NCBI GenBank assembly: GCA_036172245.1 | Contig: JAYWIR010000009.1 | Span: 3,658,001-3,722,000 of the forward strand | DNA length: 64,000 bases | Reading direction: 5' to 3' | From: Raillietiella orientalis | Taxonomy: Eukaryota | Shown here: positions 1 to 12,600 of the stretch, one piece after another | Layout of the letters: every line of letters begins with the position of its first letter | Numbering within the stretch: position 1 is the stretch's first letter | Notes under the pieces: model-generated | Told to the model about the DNA's origin: nothing | What the model saw: only the letters and a program-made list of their open reading frames with translations | Database searches by the model: none | Position numbers and translations under genes: made by a program

Positions 1-215
1 CCTGCAGAATTCTCAAGATCCTTCTATTCTTCGTGCACAGGCTGAAAGAAAGAAAAAAAGCAAACACGAAGTATGTGGCGCGCGCCAGCATCCGCCACGT
101 ACCGGGAACGCATTCTCGATCACCCGCCAGGGTGATCAACCGTCAGAGAGCCTCAGCTGGACGCCACCAGATGCTGGACGTGGCGACAAACCTGCGCGGA
201 CTGCCCGCGTCGGAG

Positions 216-885
216 GCCGTGTGGTTACAGTGGTCTCCGTGCGTGGCACCATGCATCGTGGGTTCGAATACTCCGAAGGAATCGACGCAGTGTGTCGTGA
301 GTTCCAAGTTCACCCAATAAGATCACGCTGGTTGGCCTACATTCATCCGGTTGCGGCACCGGTAGCGGTTGAAACCGGATGCCCCCGTAGAGGGCCGGGA
401 CAAATGAGAGTCGATCTCTGGATCCTTCCAGGAATCAAGGAGTGGGGAGTTCCCCCTCCGGTTGTGAAGGAGCGGACCCCTATTCCGGGGGGACCCTGAG
501 CGTCGTACTGATGGAGTAAGTCTGTCGCCACCACCTCTCCAGAGACTGCAGAGAAGCGAGCCGATCCCTTCGGGGAATCTGCGTCCTTCAGAGGAGCAAA
601 AACAGGAGCGAATATCTTGTGGGAGATCGCTCCGGAGAAGAAATTCCAAGATCAGATCCTTTCCGGGTTTCCTTCAGAGAAGAAAGAATGGAGCTGAACC
701 CCCGGGCGTGCTCCGGAAAGAATAAGGAAGGAGATTCCCTTCTGGATTCCCCTTCGGAGACAACCAGGGTGGTGATCTCCATTTCCAGGGATCCCTCCCC
801 AGGTGTGAGAATAACGGACTCCAAGTCCTTCCATTCATAGGGCAAACCCCTCCCGGGTACCCCTATCTTAAAGAATTATCGACGC
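216..885 (+). mobile_element. Family X interspersed repeat, copy 1 (tRNA-His-like head, SINE-like)
   Basis: Starts GCCGTGTGGTTACAGTGGT (A-box-like), with GGTTCGAATAC (B-box-like) at 261-271. Diagnostic blocks (AAGATCACGCTGGTTGGCCT, GCGGCACCGGT, GGATGCCCC, CCTTCAGAGA, GAGACAACCAGG) recur at 4.4, 14.2, 15.4, 20.9, 23.2 and 24.8 kb. Confidence 0.6.
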
Positions 886-959
886 GTACCAAATGGGAAT
901 GAAGTCAGCTTCGTCGGGAGACGTCAGCGTGAAACACCAGCAGCGAGGAATCGATCTTT

Positions 960-1430
960 CTGGATGGGATACAGCCTCCGGAAGGTCGGCAGCGTGATAT
1001 CACTGAACGTCTTTGTCCTTTCAGCAAGCCTGTGGAACCCGTCGCGCGGGCATCCAGTGTGCTTTGTGGAAAGCAGCGGTGGAGACGAAGCCAGGTTTCT
1101 TACCAGAGCCAGTTGCCATTGGTTACGAACGCAGGGGCGATATCTGTTCCCTCAGGCACTTCCAGGTTTCCTTCACCGTGGCAGGAATGGGTAAATCCAT
1201 AAGGCTGGAGGTGGAGGCGCACGTGCGCGGGTCCCAGAACATGCCTTGTTCCTACCGAGGACGCCCCGGGGTCGTCCCCCTGAAGGAGGTACGACGTGAT
1301 CCCGAGAAATGGCCACAGATACTATAAAGGTTTTCTTCGGAAGAATAAACGCCCGGCGCACAAATAAACGCCCCGGGTGAGAATCGAGAAGTGGCCACGT
1401 GCCACCGCCGCAGTGCTGCCTTCCCCGCGG
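960..1430 (+). pseudogene. Degenerate ORF1 (gag-like) of an L1/Tx1-clade LINE
   Basis: Translations GMGKSIRLEVEAH...GRPGVVPLKEVRRDPEKWPQIL and IKVFFG...SGHVPPPQC resemble the RRM plus CCHC-knuckle layout of Tx1-type ORF1. Frameshifts and stops are present. Confidence 0.3.
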
Positions 1431-1488
1431 GGGCGTCGTGGCAGTCGCGGTGGCAGGAGGTGCTGAACCCACCGGCAGCCGCTCAGCC

Positions 1489-1910
1489 TGAGAACTTTCC
1501 GGGAGACGCGACCTGAAGTGCTCGCGCCCAACGACCGGCAGGCCAACCTGTCACGCCCGTGGACAACCCCGGGCTCCCCAGCCCCTCCAGACGGCGAAAC
1601 GCGGCAACGCCTCTGCTCCCGAGCTGCCGGCTCCTCCGCGGCGGATGGCAACGGGCGGCAGAGGCCCTCCGACCGCTGCCCCCGGCAGCTCCCTGCGGCG
1701 ATTCCTCCGCGCCGCAAGAGGGGAGCCACCACGGGGCCGCTGGCCATCCCGCGCTGAGCCATCGCGTGGGGTCAGCTGCAGCACCAGAGGACCATCCCGC
1801 TCCCTCCGCGTCGAGGGAAGAGGCGCCTGCCTCCCCGGATAACAAGGAAGATGCCGTCCGTCTCGCAGGCGCTCTCTGAGAAAGGCGTGGGGTGGTCGCC
1901 CCCGTGACCT
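1489..1910. repeat. Repeat Y, diverged paralog of 21589-22065
   Basis: 1489-1780 aligns directly with 21589-21810 (GAGAACTTTCCGGGAGACG...GCGCCGCAAGAGGGGAGCCACC). 1795-1910 aligns in reverse with 21950-22065 (CACGCCTTTCTCAGAG...CCGGGGAGGCAGGCGCCTC). Confidence 0.8.
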
Positions 1911-3369
1911 ACTCCTCCGTTTCCATTTTCGTGGGTCTTTTTCTTCAAGCGCCTTCTCCCGGTGGTCTCCTGTGTACATGTACAGCTCGTACTCGTACAT
2001 GTTGATTTCTGGTTACGTTCGGTGACCCTTTCCCGTTTCCTTGCCGCCGCTCTCCCAGCTGCCCGCCTGCCCGCCAGCATCGTCTGCGGAAGGCCATTCT
2101 CTTCAGATATGCCCGTTTCGTTCAGACAACGTCCCGGACTGACCTTTGCAGTCCGTGCACCCGGGTCGTTCGCTCGGAAGGAACGGATGCAAGCGGGAAC
2201 AGCTGGACGCCGACATGTGTCGGCCTGGACCCAAAGAGGCTGCCCTCGCCGGGGACAGATTCAGGGAGGGTGGACGGGGGAAGGAGGATAAATAAGCAGG
2301 GTGTGGGGGGCGGAGTGGAGCGACCTCAGGGCACGCAGCGGGATTCCCGGGTTGCCAACAGCAACGAAGACGGGAAGGCCGCGTGAACGTCTGTTGGACA
2401 GCCATGTGACCCTCGTGACTCCTCGGTTTTGCACTTATTTATTGCCGTTCCTGTTCGTGACCTTTCGGATCCCTTTTCCCTTGACTGCGCTCGTTCCCTT
2501 CCCTTTTTCCTCGCGGCTCCCGAGCTGCGCGCCGGCGTTCCCTGAGTCGCGCTCGCCCAAGCCACTTCAATATGTGTTGGGGTCACTTGAGCAGGTGCGC
2601 CGGTGGTAACCAGGGTGGAAGGTCACCTCCAGGTTTGGGCCTCCGCAGCGTCCCACGAGGAGACCGAAGAGACTGCGGCCGAGCTGGCGTTGCCGAGAGG
2701 CGTCGTGCGGCGGCACACCTGGAAGAGGCCCCACACGCGTAGTTCCTCCCCGCGACCCTCCCTCCTCTCCTTGACGTCCAGGAGGGCCACCGCCTGCCCT
2801 TTCCGTGTGCTCCTACTCCAACCTCCCCCGCCGTCCTGCTTATGCGGGCGGATGGAGGGACGGGAGGTTGGGGCTGTGTGACCTGTGCTGCTTCCTGCCC
2901 GCCGGCGGCAGTCCACCGGGAGGGCTGCTGAGTACGCGAGCTTAACGAGGATTAATTTCAGCGGCGAAGACGAGGAGCCGCCCTCCGGGGCTGCGCGGAC
3001 GACTCCTGTGAACAGGCGACCCCCGCACCTTTCGCGGCAGGGCGCCTCTGCCAGAGTTCCATCCACCTCTTCCCTCTGGGAGGGAGGTCCGCGGTCCACC
3101 CAGGCGGCACCCTCGTCGGGCGCTCCACAGTGTCTGCGGGCACCCGCCGCAGGCGCCCCAGCCGCCGCACCGGCTTCCTCAGATGGCACGGCGCCAGGTT
3201 TCCCCCCGCGCGCTCCCTCCTCCTCCTACGTCATCATCGAGCCCCCCTCCTGGAGTTCTGGGGACTCCCTGCGTGGTAAGTACCGGGATTGGGCGGACGA
3301 TCAGGTGGGGCGGGTGTGATGACCTGATCTGACCTTGACTTCGTCTCGTCCTCCCCTTCGCTCCCGCAG

Positions 3370-3870
3370 GAATACCTGACCGTGGTCCTCGACTGCAAGT
3401 GTACCTTGAGGTGCACGGCTTCAGCCTGAGGCGGAACGAGGAAACGGCTGCGTGGTTGCCAGCGGGGTCCACAATAACAATCCGCCGAACCGCGGAGGCT
3501 GAAGGTCGGTGACATCATTCTGCAGGGTCCGTTCCAGAAGACGCGCCTCTTCATGTCCACCGCTGAACGTCGGCCTAACGTCGGCCTAACCTCACTCGGA
3601 CCCGGGGGAACTCCTCGCCCCTGCCCGCCCGCTCTACCCGGAAGCAAGGGAGGAATACACAGGCAGCGGCGATCATCCTCAGGAAAAAAAGAATGAAGAA
3701 AAAACCGGTCGCCCAGATGACGCGGCGCGCATCACCCGGAAGGAGTGGCGGTTCGCACTTGCCCTCGGGCCGTCCCGGAAAGGGGAGAGAGTCGCGGAAG
3801 AGGTCCCTTCTGCCGGGAAGAGGATGCTGTGCGCTGCATCATCGGTCACTCAGATCACTCAGACGCCACC
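3370..3870 (+). pseudogene. Degenerate LINE ORF1 remnant
   Basis: VYLEVHGFSLRRNEETAAWLPAGSTITIRR is RRM-like and AVRCIIGHSDH is knuckle-like. Weak. Confidence 0.25.
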
Positions 3871-4339
3871 GAGAAGGCGCCGCCTCGCCGATGCCCTTCT
3901 GCCTCGCAACGCGACTTGCTTCGGTGCAATCCCTTCTTCCCTCACCCCCCCACCCGGATGAATCCCTTCCAACCTTCCAGCCTCGTCCGGGCACGGGCGC
4001 TAGATGGACCTCGAGTCCCGGTTACGCCTCGCTCCGCTGAGGGAGAACCCAATCCGGAGATCGCAGCATCTCGCTCCAGAAGGCAAATGGAGGCAGGCAG
4101 CCCAGCCGGAGGTGTCAGCCGCAAGCTAGGGAAAATCATCCTTTCCTCTCCCCCTTTTTCTCGCCCATCCCTCCCTGAAAGCGGACGGCAGAAAGCCGCA
4201 ATTGGTATCCGGCGAAATCGGTTGCCATGGCGGACGCGGCGCTCTCACAAATTCACTTTCGCGGCGCCGCGCCGCTCCGGATGACCGGACAGCTGGAAAC
4301 GCGTGGGCCGGTCGGAATCACGAGGACCCCGGGATCGGG

Positions 4340-4900
4340 TCGGCGCTGCCAGGATAAAAGTCGGCCTGAGGAGTCGGTTAAATCTCGGCCGGCTAAGGGG
4401 ATCAACGCCGAGAAATGAAGGGTGCATCGCAGATCTCGAGTGCCCCCCCACAGGACGACACCGTAGCCTTCGGGATGCCCGTTGACTGGCCATGATTGGA
4501 AATCGACCCTCCAGAGTCCTTCCAGAGATTAAGGAGCCCTTCAGGGTTCTACTCCGGTTGTGCAAATGGAGTCGTCCCCCTCGGGGAGACCCCGCATCTC
4601 GTACCACGAAACTGGTTGATATCCCCCTTGGGGGGTCGTTTCTTCCAGGGCGTAAGAAGCGTCCCTTCGGTGTTTCTTTTTAGAGGAAGGAAGAAGTGAG
4701 GGGCGGTTCCCTTGCAGGAGGTTCCTCCGTAGACAACCAGGACGAGGTTTCCCTTCGGGTTTCCATCCCAAGCGTAAGAGGAACGGACTGCTTCCTCAGA
4801 AGTCCTTCCTTGTTCCTGGATCCATGGGGCGGTCCCTCCTGGTTCACACTCCATGACTGGAAGGGTTGTCTCCCCCTCGGGTGGCGTGGACAGCGTCAAA
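4340..4900 (+). mobile_element. Family X repeat, copy 2
   Basis: GATCAACGCCGAG, CGGGATGCCCGTTGACTGGC, GACAACCAGGACGAGGTTTCC and CCCAAGCGTAAGAG are shared with the other X copies. Confidence 0.7.
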
Positions 4901-6749
4901 GAAATTCGTGATCCCCCCTCAGGTGGCGGACGGTTCTTCGGCGCTCCTTGGGGATTAAAAAACAGATGGAAAAAAATCTGGAAGGAAAATAGGGAAAATG
5001 GGGGAGCCCGAAAGGATCCCCGTCATCCCCACCAACGGCGATGATGTCCCCCGTGAGGTCGCCGCTGGCCTTCTTAACAGGAAGAAGAAAAAAAATACAG
5101 GTCGGCACTTGGGCTGGATGGGAGCTCCCAAGGCCACTCAGGGATCTACCGATGAGCCCGGCACTGAGCACCTGCACCCAGCGCCGCCACCCCCTACAAC
5201 GGTTGCCACCGCACCGACCTCATTCCAGGTCACCCGTTCCTTTCCTCGAGGCTCCGCCATCGGAAAGAAGACCCTCTGAGGGTGCTGAGAGGACGACCGG
5301 ATGCTGCTGGAGGGCAGTCCCTTCCATGTGCGAGGTATCACAGCCGCTCTTCTTCTCCTCCTCGAACAGCGTCCACATTCCGGGCCCTGGAGCCTCTTCA
5401 CAGGCTCCCCCCACGCTCGCTTCGACCTTGAACTCCACAGGAGCTCCTCCCCCCGTCCGGACTGTGACCAAGAGCGGAGAGGTCCCGCGCAACCGCCTCC
5501 GGTACCTCCGCCAAAAACGGACGCGCCTTACAGCACGGGGAGGGCGCACTCTCCGGCGACCTTGAGCTTTCGCGCGGTTTCGTTGGGACGCCGCAAAGCG
5601 GCAGCACAGGCTGAGTTGTGGACCGCCGGTCTCGTCTCATCCAGACACTTTTCCGGTCCCTCCCTATCGATCCTGGTGCGTATCCCGAGGAAGCGCCTCC
5701 CTTCCGTTCGCTTGGGAGCTGACGGTCCTGAGCGCCCGGCCAGCCACCACTCGGCGCTCCGGTTCACCCGGGGGCGTTCGCTCCCTCCCCCGACCACCGA
5801 GCAGGGAAGAGGCGAGATCACTCTCTGCCCCGCCGTTGGTTCCCATTCTTGCGTTCGCCGTCGAACCGGGAGAGGGAAATTCATTTCCGCTGCGGGTCTC
5901 ATTAGCAGCGCGAGTATGGGGACCCCCCACTCGGGTCGCCAAGCAGCCGCCGCCTCGCCGTGATTTGTTTCGCGACAGATGTCTGCCGCCCACTGATCAG
6001 CACAGGGAGCACCCTGGAGTGACCTCGTCATCCCCGGATTCCGAAGATATTTATTTTCTCCAGATAAATAAATAAACCCGAAATAAATAAGCGAGAGACG
6101 ACGCGGTCCGGGAAGGCGTCGGGGGCGATCCGCGCGGTTGCCTGGCGACGCAGGGCGCACGTGGAGAGTCGGAAGACGGTGATCAAGCCGGATGAAGACA
6201 GACGGTGGCCCTCTGCCGGAGCGGCTGCAGCAGAGGAAAAATTACCAGCAATCACCCTGCTTGCGGGAGGGGGGGCAGAGGTCTTCTTACCCTGCTGCCG
6301 CTGGTACGAGGTGAAGTCGCGCGAGCGTCCAGGAAGCGCGCGGCGGTTTTGGTGAAAACGACGGTGACCGGAGGCGATTGCCGCGAGGACGGCTATCGCC
6401 ATGACAACGACGGCAGTAGCGAAGGCGGCAATAAGGAAGAGGAGGAGGAGGAGCAAGGCGACTCCCCACTGAGGACAAAGCAAGGGATGGAGGAAGGGTC
6501 AAAAGGTACTGTCGCTGCACCGTACTGACGTGAGGTGCAGCGACCTCCCGGTGGTGAGCACCGCCCGTGGAGACCCGACATCAGGCAGAGACGCGAGGGA
6601 AAGGATTGGCCGCCGCCACCGGTTCCCTCCGAGTCCGCCCACCATCACCCCGAGGCTTCCATGCACATTACCCCCCCCTCCGTCCCGGCCCACTCCGTTG
6701 TCCTTTCCCCAGCCGCGACGGCGATCGGGAATGACAGCTTAAGGTGACG

Positions 6750-9450
6750 GCTGCACCCTCCTGTCGCGTCGGTGACGACGACGACGCTGCCCCATGCGGC
6801 CAGCAGATCTTCAGCGGAGAGTCAATCGGCGAGGCCAGTGGACAGGTGAGCAAGTCCTAGAGGGCATCGCCGGTGAGTTGGGGTGGATGCATCGAGCTGT
6901 GGACCCGACCCTGCCACAGCTTTTGGCTCACCTGATACGATCGATCCTCCTTATTGAAGAGTGGATGACGCTCCTCGCTTGGAAGGACAAAGCCCTTCTC
7001 CCACCTGCAAGGCATCATCACGGCAGGGGACGCTCTGGAGACCACAAGGAACTCCACCTACTTCTGCGGTCCCCGAGAGAGGCATTTTGGACGTGGGGCA
7101 CCACACGCGTGTTTTCCGCCGCGCTGTAGGCTTGAGAAGCTCCTCTATCCGTAGGTCATCTCGGATGCCGCAGAAGAGTCGACGACAACTCCTCCTCCCC
7201 TCCGTCACGAGCGGAAGAGAAGAACGAGAGGCTTCTTCGATCCCCCTGTAGCATGTGGAGGACCCTGGGCTGCTGTGAGATGCCACGAACGATCAGTCCG
7301 CCACATCGGGACGTCGCCAGAAAAGGAAGAGAAGGATGGACAAGAGGAGGAGAAATGGACGAGGAGAAAGGTGGTGGTGGTGGAAAACGAGGAGTAGGAA
7401 GAGAAAGGGTGTGAATGGTGCAGATGGAGGATGAGGAGAAAGGTGGCAGTAGTGGTGGAGGATGAGAACGAAAGAGAGGAATGGAGGAGAAGAAGTGGTT
7501 GTTATTGTGGTGGTATCGTAGGAGAAGAAAGAAGAACGGTAGTGGTCGTAGAGGAAGAAGAGGAGGAGGAATGAGGGAGGAGAAACAATGACAGTGGTGT
7601 AGGACGACGAGGATGAGGACTGGATGCGTTGGAATGATGATGGTGGTGTTGGTGGAGAAGAAATGGCGATGGTAACGAAGGGGGAGGAGGACAAACAGAA
7701 TGGAGAGAGCAGAGGAAGGCATTCATGTGGTGCAGCACGGTGTGACTGATAGAGGAACCTCCACCTTGAGGGAAAGCCATGCCACGCACGTGTTGCCATC
7801 GCGCAGTCGGCTTGATGACTTCCTCTATTCGGCAGGGAGTCTCGGATGCCGCAGAAGAGTGTGTGCCCTCTATCCCCCGTGGGGAGTGGCTAGTAGATAA
7901 CTCTCCATTGGACTGCATTGAGATCAGCGCCGCTCTCTGTCGCAACTTCCCGGAACGCGTCCCCAGGAGCCGCTCGCTATTCGCCGCAACTGCTTCCAGC
8001 ATCCCTCGTCTCTGCATCCCGGTGACCGCAGAAACGTCTCGCTGCCCCTCTTTACACAGAGTCATGGATCCCGGCCTTCCTCACCCCGCCCTCGTTACCT
8101 TGGATACTCCACATCGTTGCAGAGGTCACAGGGGAGTGTCCGAAAGGTGTCTGTGCTTCCTAGCGAGAGGAACGTCCTCCCCTTGCGCCATCGGAAAAGG
8201 CAGCACGACTCAGGAGGGGAGATCAGCTTGTGATCAGCTGCTCGTTGAGGCTGCTGAAGCTCCTTCATCGGGTACGTTCCAGGATTCCATTCCCCATGTG
8301 CTTCCTACCCTAATCCTCAGTCTTCTGGGATTCCTCTTCCCCGCGAGAGGTCACCGCACTCTCAGTTACCTGGAGCTGACGACATCCTCGCGTCGGTTCA
8401 GCCGACGTGCGTTCTACGCTACCCCGGAGCCTCGCACAGGAACGCAGCTTCGTCCCCAGGGATGGAATTCTGTCCAGGAAGAGGGACATCATCCACTGCG
8501 GGAAGAAGAAGTGAGCGCCTTCGTCGTCATTCCCGAAGCCTGCGCCTGTGCGCCCGCAGCGACCCACGTGGGACTCGTCGCTCACCCGGAGGACAAGCAA
8601 CGGATCCCCGACCTTGTCGTTCCCCAAAACCCACCCCGTCCCTCCATCTTTTTCTTCCCTTTCCCAGATTTATGGCTGTGAGCCACTGCCAGCGACTTCT
8701 GCAAATCGGGAGAGTTCCAGCAGCATGATGAGTGGGAGGGGAACCCACGACAAAGGAGGGATTGTGGCTGGCATGGCTTGGTTCCTTGGAGGGATCACGA
8801 GATGATGCTGCAACCCTCCCCTCCCCCTCCTCTGCCTTCCTTCTCTGTCTTGCAGGGATGCGGCGGTGCGCAATTGGCATTCGGGTTTCCCCACGAGTCG
8901 GAGGATTCTTGGTTGCTGCCCGCAGCATTCCCGGAGGAGTGAGCGGGTCATCATCAGCGCAAAGGTGTTGGGAAGATTGCTGAGGGAGGTTTGGGGGAAC
9001 AAGGGGGAAGAAGCGGTCCCGGTTGCTCAGCTCTCAATCATTAAAAAGGACGATCATTATTAATCCTGATAGCTGAGGGAAGATCCATTATCGCGTGTAG
9101 GGACGCATCTCACAAGAGGCTCATTAGGGATTTGGCATGTCTCCCCGCTCTTCGCCTCACGAGGCAGCGGAGGAAGATCTCTGGAAGACTCCAGCTTCCC
9201 TTCCAGAGAGCTCGTTCCTTCCTGGGCGGCCCTTCCGACCAGGAACACCGGCCAGTCCCAGCGTCCCGGAAGGAGGATCCGACGTTTGCCAACCTGGACG
9301 TTCGCTGTCTCTTCCCGAGGGAGGAGCGCCAGAGTTCTGGGACTCGCAGGATAAAGGAAGGAAGGCGAACATCGCTGAGGATCGGTTCTCCAGGAGTCAG
9401 AGCTCTGGCGCCAGGCCCGCCACTGTCTTCGCACCCGAGGAATCGCCATT
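6750..9450 (-). pseudogene. Highly degenerate L1/Tx1-like ORF2 relic (RT to C-terminal domain)
   Basis: Minus-strand frames give TLALLPRE (RT1-like, ~9320), CADD (YADD equivalent, ~8950), TAINLGK (~8670) and MPCRWEKGFVL (~7010, paralogous to FPLRWKQDAFL at ~12510), in the expected order. Confidence 0.45.
7320..7720. repeat. Purine-rich trinucleotide low-complexity tract (GGA/GAA/GGT)
   Basis: Visible mosaic of GAG/GGT/GAA repeats, flanked by a diverged direct duplication (7100-7180 vs 7781-7860). Confidence 0.85.
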
Positions 9451-9659
9451 AAAATCCTGCGAGGAGTTTGGGATGGCTACGTGCGCACGGCAGGTGCACA
9501 TGAGGCGCACAGTGGCGCATCCCGAGGTGCAGAGTAGCCCGAGTCGTGCGGTGGCCACGTCGTCCGAGTCACCTGCCGAGACAGAACGGTCGGGAGAGCA
9601 GCTGCTGCAGCGTCCACCGAGGGAATCCAATCTAACTCGCCCTCACCTGACCTTGATTT

Positions 9660-12600
9660 GTCCCGAGCTGACTCGATCTGACTTTGTCTAACATATGGAC
9701 CGTGTTATGGTGGCAGTGGAAGAGGAGCAGTGGAGGAGGAAGTGGAGGAACAGAGGATGGATGGAGGAAGAGGAAAAGGAATGGAAAAGGAGAAATGGTG
9801 TCTGTAAGACCGATCGACGTCGAGCCGCCTATGCTTCGCTATTCGAACCTGTTGACCCCACCGCGCATTTCCGACGCCGGCTGGGTGTTGTGCCGGAAGC
9901 GGTTCACGCGTTGCGCCACCGCTTGCCACCGTATGCAGACGTAACGTCCGCTGTTGAGTCACAGCAGCATGGATGAGACTAAAGATTCTCCTTCCGGGTC
10001 ATCAGTCAGATAAGTGGGTCGGGTGAAGTCTGCAACATCAGGGGAAGACATCACAACACTCAGCTGCCTCTGTACTCGGAGGATTCAGAGTCCCTCTCTG
10101 GGAGCGTTGAGACGCTGCGGGACCGGCGAATTTCACCCTCCCGACGCGTGGTAGTTGCGAGGGAAACGCGGCTCGGCACGAGAGGAACCGCAGGTTCGGG
10201 CACGTGCTCTCGGTTGGGTGACCAGTGGATCGAGACTTCTGTCCTCCGAACGCCTCTGACGCAAGAACCCGTCATAGTCGAGAGTAAAGATGGCGCCGTC
10301 TCCATCAAGCCCCTGAAAGAAGAAATCTCGTGCCTCCGGGTAGCGAGCAGAGTCTCCCATGCTCCTGTCCTGGGGGTGCTTTATTCGGTAGAGCAGTCTC
10401 CGCACTGCCTGGCCCCAAGCCCTTCTGGATGAGGATTTGGCCGGGAGTGTGGGTCACGCTGTCTCCAAATGCGCGCGCTAGAGGTCTTGCGGCCACGGCT
10501 CCGAGAGTCGCGGGTTCGATGTCCCGCCGCGAGATGACCCTCTGATGGCTTCGGGTGCTCATTAGCGGGACGTGCTCGCGGCCGCACGCACCATGCTCCA
10601 GCGGTCTGGAATCGGAGTGAACTCTTGCGGGTCCTCCCCAGGAACCATGGTGTGGATCCTCCGTGTCACACCTCCCCTGTTCGCGCGCGCCTCGGGTCCG
10701 TGGCAGAGGAAGGACCTTATGGACCACCGGAAGGCCCCAGAAACCATCCGCCTCGTGGCTCCTGCTGCCGTTCCGCTTCTCGACCGCTCCCCCCCCTCCT
10801 TCCATCCCTCGCTCTGACCCCAGCGAGGCTGGGCTCTGCTCCCTTGCTACGGAAAAATCTCATCCACCCTTTTTGGACAGGTCCTCTGCAAAGAGGGGAT
10901 GCGGATGTCACGGCAACCACCAGCAGGTGTTTCCTTCCTGGATCCAGGCAGGAAGCTTCAGTTGCCCCGCCCCTACTGCTAGCGTCAGCGCTGATGGCGT
11001 TTCTTCTCCTTGAGGGTGTCCGTCGATCCCGAGATCCCACGACGGGGCCCTTGGCGGTCGCCGTCGATCTCTGCAAAGCGTTCGACAGCGTAAACCAGGA
11101 CCTCCTTCTGGAGCTTCTGGGACGCCTAGGCCTTCCGACGCGCCTCATCGCCTACTTGCGCTCCTGCTGGCGCCACGCGTTATGCTGTATCTCTTTCAGC
11201 GGGTGCCACGTGTACGGCGTTCCCATACGGCGGGATATCAGGCAGGGAGACAGCTTAAGCCCCCTGCTCTTCAGCATCTTCTTTGAGTTGGTGCTGAGGG
11301 CGTACTGGCTGACGCTGGCCAACCTGCCGAGCTCCTGCCCGGGAACACCGGCCGTGGCCGCCTATGCTGACGACCTTCTCCTGCTGCTGCCCATGTCCAC
11401 CCAGGCGTCCAGGCTCGAGGACTTCTTCGAGCTCATTCGTCGGGGAGCGGGCCTGAGCGTCAACAGGACGAAATCAACCGTTGTACCGGTTGGCTCCACG
11501 TGGGAGGGGCAGTTCGACTGGATCCGCCTGGGGATCCCCACGGGCAGGTGCTTTAAGTACCTTGGCGTTCCCTTGGGCGCCTTCTGTCCATCAGAAGCGT
11601 GGTCGGACTGCCTTCACAAGGCCGAGACTGCTCTGGGCCCGTTCCAAGGCCGCAGGTTCCTCCTGTCGGAACGGGCCTTCGTGTGGAACATTTTCGTTGC
11701 CCCTCTCCTCCGTCCCCTCTTTTTTGTTTGTCCCCCTCCCTACTCGGCTAAGCGTCGGGCGCAACGCCTGTTGCAAAACGCCTTGTGGGGACTGGCGAGG
11801 TCTAGGATACGCCTCAAGGACTTGGCGGCTCCTCGGCGGGATGCAGGATTAGGCATCCTGACGCTGGAGCGGATCGGACTGCTAGTGCAGTTCCGCATGC
11901 TGGCACTTTGCGCCCAGCTATGGACTACTCCCTGGTGTGCTCCAGCGCGGCTGCTGCTGCGGCGCTGCACGGGTGGCGACGGATTGCGTTCGTTGCACCT
12001 GCGCACGGAGTGCGCCCAGAGAGGATTCGGCTTCCCACGGAAGCAACTCTCCTCGCTTCTGGGAAAGCATGCTTGGATCTCCTGCCGGCCGACGAACTTC
12101 AACGCCTGGAGGCAGGAAGCCTTATCGTCCTGGGCAGCGCAACAGGATGTGTCCCGTTTGGAACTCCGTTGCGTGAACCTTTCCCCATACTGTCCAGTGG
12201 GGGAGGTGCTTGAAGACGAGGACCAGTGGACACGCCTAGCCGCCACGCCCCTCGCCGAAGCACTGTCTGCATTGATGGTGCGAGACGACAGTGACCTGCC
12301 GGCGAGGTGGGAGGTCGCTTGCGAAATCGCAGGCGAAACCCGGCTGCTGGGCGGCTGGAGAACTTGCGAGCTGGCAGACGCTGCCACGCCTCGCCTCCGT
12401 GCCAAGGGACTTCTCCGGTGGAGCGAGCTCCTCGGGGTGCCCCCCCGCGTCCAAGCACGGAGAAGGTGTTCCCTTCTCCGTGCTTGGACGCGACTGTCTT
12501 CCCACTTCGGTGGAAACAGGACGCTTTTCTGCTGGTGCATTGGGGTCTGTGCTGCAACCAGCGCGCGCACCTGGTTTCCGGGGGAGTTGTGTCCCCGAAC

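Noticed and set aside
216..285. Functional tRNA-His gene
   Set aside because: The acceptor and anticodon stems do not pair, there is no oligo-T terminator, and it is embedded in a repeat. Treated as a tRNA-derived head only.
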